Source of the DNA: Octopus vulgaris
Lineage: Eukaryota
Assembly: GCA_951406725.2 (NCBI GenBank)
Contig: OX597822.1
Location: forward strand, 109,120,001-109,184,000
Direction of reading: 5' to 3'
Length of the DNA stretch: 64,000 nucleotides
Made by a program: the position numbers and the translations under genes. This document shows, piece by piece, positions 53,365 through 64,000 of this stretch. Position 1 is the stretch's first letter. Every line of letters begins with the position of its first letter. The notes under the pieces are model-generated. The model did no database searches. It had not been told where the DNA came from and saw nothing but the letters and a program-made list of their open reading frames with translations.

Positions 53365-54440
53365 AACCTTCCACTAAGGAGAGAACCGGTTTCCAATAAA
53401 GACACGAAACTCCATTTTTGGACAAATTTTGGACAAACGCAGACAAATTACATTGGGAACTTGAGAAAAGTCTTGCATATTTTTAATGTTCTACTTGCAG
53501 ATTGCCCTTGTAATGTACAAATTAGCCAGTCGATTTCTCTTTCTGGTTTATCCTTATTCTCTTTGAAGCATTTACTAGCAAATCCTAGTGCTCCAATTAT
53601 TATTCGTATGAATAGTCTGGATATAGAAGCTGGAGGTTTCGAAGCAGTCGTCCACAGATATCCTAGTTTTCTTTGATTTTCTAAGAGATTTTTATACCTC
53701 TATGATGGTAGATGGTACATATCTTTGTTCTTCTGTCCCAAACAACAATATCCGGCCTGTTATGTTTACATTTGACAGAAGAATTGATGGGAATATTCCA
53801 CCAGTATTCCTTGAGTTAGTGCTTATGAATGTATTTCATTCGTGAGGGATTTTCTGACTTTATTTCACGAAAATTCTTTCGTGGATGGCGTTGTAAATTG
53901 TTTTAGCAACAACATCGTGCCGCAATGGGAGGTAGTATCGCGACGACATTTTAGGACAACTGCTAAACACATGTGGGATGTTTTCCAGGAGCGTCACCGT
54001 CTCTCTTGTTCACCAGGTATTTTGTGGCAATCTGTAGTTCTTGAATTGAATAACAAATGATATAGCAATCAAAGTGTGACGTGATGCAGTGGTCTTGTGT
54101 CCAAGAAAGGCTGCTCTTCGTGTCAATTCTACGCTTTTCTTCAAGCTTTCGCGCAACATACCCATGGACAGACTTTTATTTTTGTGTGCTGAGTACCTTC
54201 CATCCAGTTTTTTTCTGAGGTACTTGAGCCCAGCTGTGCTGGGGATGTATAGGAGATCATCAGGTAGAGCGTGATGTTTGGGGTACTCACTGCCAACTCG
54301 TACAATGTTGCTCACGTCACTTTTCAGCACTGCTTTTATATATTTATTTTGGCTGCTGTTGTTTATTAGATGATGCATATGTGATCCCATACAGCATTAG
54401 CGATGTTTTCTAATAGAGAAAGAACCATTTTCTAACCAAT
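53365..54440 (-). mobile_element. RLE-type LINE fragment (R4/Dong-like)
   Basis: Minus strand encodes RHDVVAK (~53900-53925) and CKHNRPDIVVWDRRTK (~53725-53770), the RHD and PD..D nuclease motifs. Confidence 0.82.
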
Positions 54441-54779
54441 ATACAACGCGCCTTCATTGGAATTTCAATTTCAACAGAGCATTTTTGTTTGTATGTATGC
54501 ATGTATGTATGTATGTCTGTATGTATGGATGTATGTATGTATGTATGCATGTATGTATGTATGCGTGTATGTATGTATGTATATATGTAAGATTGTATCT
54601 ATTATGTATGTGTGTATGTATATGTATGTATATGTATGTGGAGATTTGTATGTTTTATGTATATATTTTTGCATATAGTTACATATCTAGACATGCTCAT
54701 ATATATCTAAGTGATAACGTCTGGAAGGTTCTACGGATTTTTACAGTCCCAGTGATGAATTGAATCTGCAAACTTCAAA

Positions 54780-55000
54780 TTAGATTTCTCCTTTATGGAT
54801 CCGAGACGCCTAATGTCTCAAGATTGGTATTTGTACATTGTGTTACATATCCCAGGGCCCTAATGATTACAGGTATAAACCTGAACTTGTAATCTGGACA
54901 GAGTAACTTCGGATTTCTCAATAGTTCAGCATAGTTGTACTTTTTTTCACCGACCTTCAGTTTTACGTTAAACATCCGCTGGGCAGCTAATTTCCACAAC
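54780..55000 (-). mobile_element. RLE LINE 3' fragment
   Basis: KYNYAELLRN...YKFRFIPVIIRALGYV, like the IPVIIGALG motif. Confidence 0.7.
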
Positions 55001-56037
55001 TTATCCCACTCATTATATCATATCTGTTGTGCTTATGTATGCAGTCATGTTTGTACACATCGCCATTTAAATTTTTTAATCTTGTGTGTTAAGTAAAAGT
55101 TATTTACCCATAGGAATACTGCTGCAAATATCAATTCAGCTTTCGTGTTATGCTGTTCATTTTAAACCACCGTCATATATTAACTTTCAAACTCTTTATT
55201 TGTTTTGAAGCAGTGATTGCAAATTTCACAGGATTATATTTACAAAGTGTCTACGTTAATTTTGGGGACCCTTTTCGTGCCGATCTCTATAATTTATAGT
55301 ATGGTTATTATCAAAATCCTTTGAGCGTTTGTTAATCACGTTTAAGATTTGTTTCTTTTTGACATAACGCTTCCAAACATGATTTGGAAATGAGATATTC
55401 ATATTTCTTCGACGATGTTGTTTGCCATTCCTTAGCAACCGTAACTGTCATTTTCCATATTAAAGCTATTCGATTATTTCCCTGAAATCAAAAGCATTTA
55501 ACAAACATAACAGTTACTGATAGTCACTTCATACCAATGTATCTCATTTTAAGTATGATTGTTGAGCATGTTTACAAACCACTACTCAACTGAAGAACCC
55601 GTACTATATTCTTAGATTTTATTATTGCCTTATTATGTACATGATCATTAGAAAATATATAATTTTAAAAAGGAATTCCATGATTGTTTTCGTTAAATTT
55701 TTTTTGTTTCTAGAAAATATATGTAATTATATTACATAGCGGAATTAATTTTCACGTGTTACTAAGGCAATCAAGTTTTGTGTTCATTGAGCATTAAAAG
55801 TTCGTATAAAAATTCATAATTCTGGTTCCGCTAGTAAACCACATATCTTTCGTCAACTATTTTCATGTAGACATACGTCTCTAGCTCATAAATTAATTCG
55901 TTGTATACTAAATTCCTTATGCATTATGTAGTTTTTTTCATAACATGTGAAAAACGTAATCCATATAACTCTCCAGCGTACGGTAGTTACATATCCATTA
56001 ATATACAATCACCGTATAACTTCAACATTTTACAATA

Positions 56038-56413
56038 TCTTTATATATAAAAGTGAAGTTGTGTGTCTGTCTCCTACGATTTAGATTTCTAACTACTAAC
56101 ACATTTTGCGGTGCAGTTTAACCAAAACCGGGTATCTTATAGTCGTGATTCATATCGCGCGTCTACGATGAGTCTACGATTTAAAACAAAAATTACCATC
56201 ATTTTTTTCCATTTTAATGCATTTTTTCGCTATTATATAAGGGAAGTAACTCTCTAAAAATGTCTACGATGAGTCAACGATTTAAACAAAAATTTACCAT
56301 CATTTTCTCCCATTTTAAATGCATTTTTTGCTATTTTTTGGCTATAACTCTCTAAAAATGCTTATATAGTTATTTCCCTTACAAACCCGAGCAACGCCGG
56401 GTGATACTGCTAG
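56038..56413 (+). mobile_element. Non-autonomous Helitron
   Basis: 5' TC start after A, 3' hairpin cccgagcaacgccggg then CTAG followed by T, no TSD; internal ~100-bp tandem duplication (56161-56359). Confidence 0.85.
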
Positions 56414-56689
56414 TTAATATTACAATATTCTAACCTGAAATTTCATTATTCACGGCGTCAGGAATATATAAATTGCACCTGGCATCGATTCAAACAGATG
56501 AGCTCCCCAAAATTCTGAATTTTCATGTGTGTGTGTGTTTGTGTACCTGTATGTGCGTGTCTGCGCGTGTACGTGTGTGTTGGTGTGCCTGTTTGCGTGC
56601 ATGTATGTATGTATCTATCTATCTATCTATCTATTTCTAAGATTTTCGTTGCGATGGGTAAATCTTTGGCGTATTATATCTTTTATTTT

Positions 56690-57337
56690 ACGCATGCGCA
56701 GTGTTTGCTTTTAATTTTGTCGAATACATTGTGCAATAGGATCAGTTGGGCACCGTCTGTGAGAAAAAACTACTCCATAACGTAATTCACTCAGCGAGAA
56801 TTTTGGAAACAACATGTTGTACTACGAGGCATTTACGCAGAACATTTCAGAGTGTTTGGGTGTCAATCTGAGGATTCGGAAAGAATTGGATGAGCCTAAT
56901 GGTGATTACAATGGGAGGGCAAGTCGGAAATCTTACTCTGATACTTCTGATCAGAAAAGAACTCCTGAATTTGTTGCTGAGATCCAAGTCATGATTGACA
57001 ACGATCCCTCCAAGGCAATGAAGTTCATCGCCATGGACATTGGAGTGTCTGAGTTTCTTATCAGGCATAGTGGTCATGTCGGTATTCCTCTTACAAGATA
57101 AGAAAGGGCCATTTATTTCCCCAAGCCATCAAGGACAAGAGGAAATTCGCCGCTACGAAGCTGTCGAATAATCTCAAGTATCCCCTCCAACTGGACCTGT
57201 TTTGGTTTTTTCCTTAGACAACAAAAATTTCTGTCAGGGTCAGATGGTGAACACGCGGTTAAGTTGCTGTCTCCCCAAAACATATACCGAAAGTGATAAA
57301 AATAGTACATACAGTCAACATCATGGTGTGTGGAGTG
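56690..57337 (+). mobile_element. Tc1/mariner transposase relic (HTH and first catalytic region)
   Basis: KRTPEFVAEIQVMIDNDPSKAMKFIAMDIGVSEFLIR HTH-like segment; FSLDNKNFCQ resembles the FSDEKxF motif. Confidence 0.75.
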
Positions 57338-57500
57338 GACTTATTCTTTGTAAGCCTAGTACTTATTCTATCGATCGGATTTTGCTGAATCACTAGGTTA
57401 CGGTGATATAAACACACCAGCATCGGCTGTCAAGCGATGGTGGTGTGACAAACACAGACACACAGTCGCACAAACATCCACATACTCACACACACACACA
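57337..57500 (-). mobile_element. Partial SINE family A
   Basis: gacttattctttgtaagcctagtacttattctatc...aaacacaccagcatcgg. Confidence 0.85.
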
Positions 57501-60272
57501 TGTGTGTATATGTATCTACGTACATATATATATACTTTTGTGTATCACTGTGTATCATATATAGGTTTTTTTTTACATTTATCACTTCGCATGAAATTCT
57601 TTTGATCATCTAGTCCGCAGTTGGTATGTTTGCACCTCTTTTAGAATAAATATTGACAAAGAAAATAACCACATGTATAAAAAAGTATTATGCAATGTAA
57701 TAACGGAGAAAATATTAAAATATGTGAAAGTTCTATAAAAGCATTTCATGATTTCGATGGAAGAATTTTATATATAGAATTTATGATTTAACGACATAGA
57801 CTTAAGCAATAACGCTGATATGCAATTTTAAAATACCACACCTTGAGTCATAAAGCGGAAATCTTTGAATAAATAACATGAGAGAAAAAATATCGTTACA
57901 TAAGAAAACTTGCATATAGTCTATAGGAATATCGGTGATGCCTCGTGTGTATATTAAGGTTACATTTTGCATAAGCGAATCACAACAGAATGCGTTGATT
58001 TGCGCTTCATGTATACATGTATTTATATCTATATATGTGTGTATGTGTGAGCATGTGTGTGCGCGCGTGTTTGGGTGTGTGTTTGTGTGTGTGTTTGCGT
58101 ATGTGCATGAGTGTGTTTCTGAGTACTCATGTCTGAAGCACTGCAAGTACGTTAAACAAATATACATGGAAATAATATAATTCTGAATAAATACCTACGT
58201 ATGTGACGTTTTGAAGGAAGAGTGAAATCGAGAGTTAATTAATGTATACATTTTTGCCAAGAACATACCTATAATAAAGTACTTCGTTGGATTCAAGTCC
58301 AATAACCATTCGCCAAATTTATGGCCTCGAGTCCTATGATTTTTTCTGTAACATATTTGAAGTTGTTAGAGTGACTTACGCCACTTAGTTATGTCGTTTT
58401 GTCTTCTGAACACCGTAAGTGACGAGGTGTCATGTATTTAGGTTATACATTTTGAAGCAAGTCTGCGATGCATGATTGGTGAGTGCTTGATGTAAGTGAA
58501 AGGGGTAATTATCTGTGTTGGGAGTGTACGTATATTTAAGTATGTAGGCAATATGTAGAAATTTGGCGTAAAGGAGTGTCAATATAATGGGCTTAGAACA
58601 CACTTCCATCAATCACTGGAAAAAGTGACGGAGTAGGTGGAAAAGAAACTCATAATTACAGTGATTATGTAGGGATATAGCTCAGTAAACAGGTTAACAA
58701 CAAATCTCTGTATTTGGCGTGTAATATATCTGCTGTGATAAAAAGTAATTTAAATTCCATAGCATGTACCAAGTTCTATAAAATTTCAAGTCGATAGCAT
58801 CTGTGTCAGTTCTAGATTCATGCACACCACTAGCAATCGGTGAATATTGATATGTAGCTCATAAATATTTGACGTATTTGTTTGTTTGCTTTTACCTAAT
58901 CAGTATAAATGTCACAGGCTTGACCTACAGTTGGAATTCGGCACAATAAACTTATTTCAGAAATAAATATTACCCAAAGGACGAGGGTAGTTATAGTACA
59001 GTGTCTATATTTACGAACACAGTTAAGCGTCATTTCACAACTATATTACCGTTTACTCAACTAAACGCAAATATTGTTGGAAATAGAATTATATATGTAA
59101 TGTTAGATATCGATATAAACGTCAGCACATCGCAATTTTCCCTCTTTAGATGGTTCATATATTACAGTTTCATTATGCTACGACACGCGTCAATTTATTT
59201 AAGTAAAGTGCCTTCGTTGTATTTCATGTATTGTTAATAAATGATTCCGGACATTTTGGTAACACATCAAAGCAAAATAAATCTGAAAACGCTGTTTTAA
59301 ATAAAATCCATCAGTTACTTTAACAGCCGGCTTTCAATCTTAAGCTCTTTTGCATAAATATTAGATATTTCAGCATTACTGAAACTTTTCATGGGATATA
59401 AGCCGACTAAAAAGACAGAATGATATATCTCAGATTTTTATGCTTATTTATGATGCAGCGCGGCTTACTTAAAGTTTCAATTGCGCCCGTGATAAATTTA
59501 AAAGTATAATAATCAAACTTGAAAACTTTCATGCTTTTATAAGGTCTATTTAACTGCATAGCTTGGATTAATTTACATATTAAAAGACAAAATGCCATTG
59601 AACGTGCTTTGATGATAGGGAAAACCTTAAATTATTCATCATGTGTTAGTGCTATCTAGTCAATCTCACCAGCTAATATTTGCTGAACTCTATTGATGTT
59701 TTCTCACTAATTCGATAAACTTTAAAATATCGTTCACACGCAACATGTTTATTACATTTAATATATATTATTTTAATATCTCTGTTGACACGAATATCCT
59801 AAACATAATGTTCAAATAATTACATGAATAAAAGCTTTTTTCGTATATCGTAACGAAGATATTATTTCGTGATGGAAAGTAAAAGTGTGATAAACTTGAA
59901 ATAAATCCACCAAAAACTTCAATATCCTGTTCTGAATAATTTTCCCGTCGATCATAACTTCTAAATATTTTTTTTTATTGAGCTTGGAAAGGAAATTTAA
60001 CTTGACTGATATTGAAATATATGTGTCTTATTCTTTTTATTTCACGCATATATCTCTTCGTGTATGGAAATGATGATTTTCTTGAATCAAATGACATGAG
60101 AGTGTGGAATATTTTTTCACGACATTCCCATCAAAAAATTATTAAAATGTAGAAGAATGTTTGTGTCGTGAAATGTGCCTATACGGAATTAGTTGAACAT
60201 TTTTGTTTATTTCAATCATTGGTATGTCTCCCCAGTGGTAAGAAACTGTGAGGCTTACGAATTTCGACTCAT

Positions 60273-60700
60273 ATAGGCGCAGGAGTGGCTGTGTGGTAAG
60301 TAGCTTGCTAACCAACCACATGGTTCCGGGTTCAGTTCAACTGCGTGGCATCTTGGGCGAGTGTCTTCTGCTATAGCCCCGGGCCGACCAATGCCTTGTG
60401 AGTGGATTTGGTAGACGGAAACTGAAAGAAGCCTGTCGTATATATGTATTTATGTATATATATATATATACATTTATGTGTGTCTGTTTGTGTGTGTGTT
60501 TGTTCCCCTAGCATTGCTTGACAACCGATGCTGGTGTGTTTACGTCCCCGTCACTTAGCGGTTCGGCAAAAAGAGACCGATAGAATAAGTACTGGGCTTA
60601 CAAAAAGAATAAGTCCCAGGGTCGAGTTGCTCGACTAAAGGCGGTGCTCCAGCATAGCCGCAGTCAAATGACTGAAACAAGTAAAAGAGTAAAAGAGTAA
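60273..60700 (+). mobile_element. SINE family A, full length
   Basis: Head, internal microsatellite and (gtaaaaga)n tail intact. Confidence 0.93.
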
Positions 60701-61094
60701 ATATCTTCAGCATATCTGAAATATCTGGTAAACTGAAGCTGTTTCAACCGCTCTATGACAAGTGCTACTCAACACCATTAAGATAACGCCACGAGTGATG
60801 GTTTATGCAACATTTGATGAGATATTACACTTCTCTATCAATACACTAGCATAACATGTATAATATACTATTCTATTCTACCAAATAAAGATGTATTTTT
60901 TAAGGTAGTATTAATATACACCAGATGCAAATATTACACGTATATATACGTATGTATGGATGTATATATATGTATATATACATATATATATATATACAGG
61001 TAGATAGATAGATATATAGATACACACACATATTTATATGTATATATTAATAATAATAATAATCATTATTATTATTATTAGTATTATTATTATT

Positions 61095-61753
<659 letters not shown>

Positions 61754-62930
61754 CTTCAATAGCGACAACTTGGATTTCTTCCATCTTCGTGCTCTTTTAA
61801 AGTTTTTGAGTAAAATCATATTAATGTGTCCGATTGATTAAAATTCTATTTATTTATTTGTGCAACTGATGGTAGCCCACCATTTAAATCAATGCAATGA
61901 TTTCATTGTTCAATTAAATGGAGCCACTTCAACGGTCGTTCGGCATCACATCGTAATATCCTGTTGCTTCTTTTGATATATATGTACAGGGTTCGTCAAA
62001 CGTCAGCTGATAGTAAGTCAAAATTATTTAATTCCATGATCTATCTATGTTTAACAACTGAACGAATTTGATAAAAGCATCTAAATACGAAACGTCATGA
62101 AAGTTCTTCAAACTAAAGTTCTTCTTGAGAGACACATTTTTTCCATTCAAGTCAGTACAGAATTAAAGTTTATTTATGGAATTTATATTTACTGTCAGGT
62201 GACTTTTATATATATGTATGTGTTAGTGTGTTTGTGTGTGTGCGTGTGTTTGTATGTGTCTGTGTGTGCGTGTGCGTGTGTGTGTGTGTATCTCAGGTTC
62301 ACACACTTTGCAGCATTCCCCGTAATCTGGTGACAAAATGATATAATATATCACAGAAATTTCAAATGTATTGCTTGATGAAAAAATGACCCATATATTA
62401 CAGTCTATGGATATCCGTTTTTATCATTACGGCTATCTATATTGCCGGTCGATCTAATTAATATTGCAATATTTCAATTAATATGGGCCTCAGTAGATCG
62501 CTGTATTTAAGATATCAATGAAATACGTTTCAGAACTCAAACTGCTGATCATATGGATATGATACCTTTCCACAAATTGGCCTCTTCATTTGATACATTC
62601 TTGAGCGAAGAATTACATTTAAACGTATATTACAGTAAATAAATAAACAACTTTGTTACTTAAAAAGCACTTCTCCAAAAAGTCATTATGTGTGTGAGTA
62701 TATAATGAGGGCCTGATTATAGTTCTAAAAAGAAGAGAGAAATTACTGAGAGAAGCAAATATCATTTGTATAAAGATTATATTATAAATAAATGAATGGG
62801 ATTAAAACGTTAAAAAAATATGCTGGAAAAGCCAGTTAGCACTTACATTCAATGCCTGACATCGCGTTCAAATATATTCTGTTGGCCCCTGCTCGTGATG
62901 ATAGCCCCCCTCCACATATATGTATGTATG

Positions 62931-62985
<55 letters not shown>

Positions 62986-62997
62986 GTATATATATAT

Positions 62998-63085
<88 letters not shown>

Positions 63086-63095
<10 letters not shown>

Positions 63096-63269
63096 ATTTA
63101 GGAATGGTCATTTTGCCAGTTTAGCCAATAAAAACACACGCACTATATATTTGGTGTTATTCTGCTTCAGCGTTATTTATTTTTTAAATTAATCTTTACA
63201 CCAAATATATAACGCGTGTGTTTTTATTGGCTAAAGTGGCAAAATGACCATTCCTAAATACAACAATAT
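63086..63269. repeat. Long inverted repeat (~70-bp arms, 40-bp spacer) between (TA)n arrays
   Basis: Arm 63086-63157 is the near-perfect reverse complement of 63198-63269. Confidence 0.92.
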
Positions 63270-63322
63270 CTGTTTCAACACACGATTTCCCATCAAAAAT
63301 CTTGCAAAACAAATATATAAAC

Positions 63323-63450
<128 letters not shown>

Positions 63451-64000
63451 GTACATATACATATACATATATTTTTACATACATATGTATGTGTGTGTAA
63501 TCGAGTTGATAGATATGGATATATATAAAGAGATACATATGAATATTTATCGAAATTCTCTCTAACACTGTGTGCATGTATACCTGTATCTCCGTGTGTA
63601 TGAAAGAGGTTTGTATGTGCGACGTGTGTTTGTCTATATCTGTGAATGTGCTCGACCGTATACTCCAAGATGAATAGAATTACGATGTTACATAGCGTCT
63701 TCAGACGTGACTGTGTGTAATGACACCATAAATTAACTACGACATATCATAAAATTCATATTAATGCGCCAGATTACATTGGTCTTCTGACAGCATCAAT
63801 TATATTTTATTAGTAGATTCTAAACTACTAATTTCAGTATAATACATAATCTGAAATAAACGACACGAAACTTTTGTTTTTTGTTTTCTTTGGTGTAAAT
63901 CATCGAAATTTATAAGTTAATAATAATAGCCAAGCAACTTTAAAAACTTTTGCTCGCCAAACATAATTGTTAAAATCATTATTATATATCTAAAGAAGAT

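Noticed and set aside
58672-58700. gggatatagctcagt resembling a tRNA 5' end
   Set aside because: No anticodon arm, T-arm or acceptor-stem complement follows.

Overview
AT-rich eukaryotic genomic DNA, very dense in microsatellites ((TA)n, (CA)n, (GATA)n, (ATT)n, (CAT)n, (GAA)n). The SINE families look like those of octopus/coleoid cephalopods (inferred from recall, not a database search). Nearly all ORFs in the supplied track are microsatellite translations or transposon debris. The mobile elements are three recurring tRNA-derived SINE families, RLE-type (R4/Dong-like) LINE fragments, Tc1/mariner relics, a Gypsy pol relic, a Penelope-like GIY-YIG fragment and a non-autonomous Helitron. The main find is a compact six-exon minus-strand gene model (23456->18920) that the ORF track does not assemble. 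All five introns are GT-AG and phase-compatible. It encodes a 203-aa precursor: signal/anchor, divergent BRICHOS-like prodomain, RHKR furin site, then a 55-aa six-cysteine peptide. Also noted: a possible decayed paralog near 2.6-3.0 kb, a weaker second secreted-protein model at 40-47 kb, a tandem hammerhead-ribozyme (retrozyme-like) unit at 48.2-48.7 kb, and several perfect hairpins.
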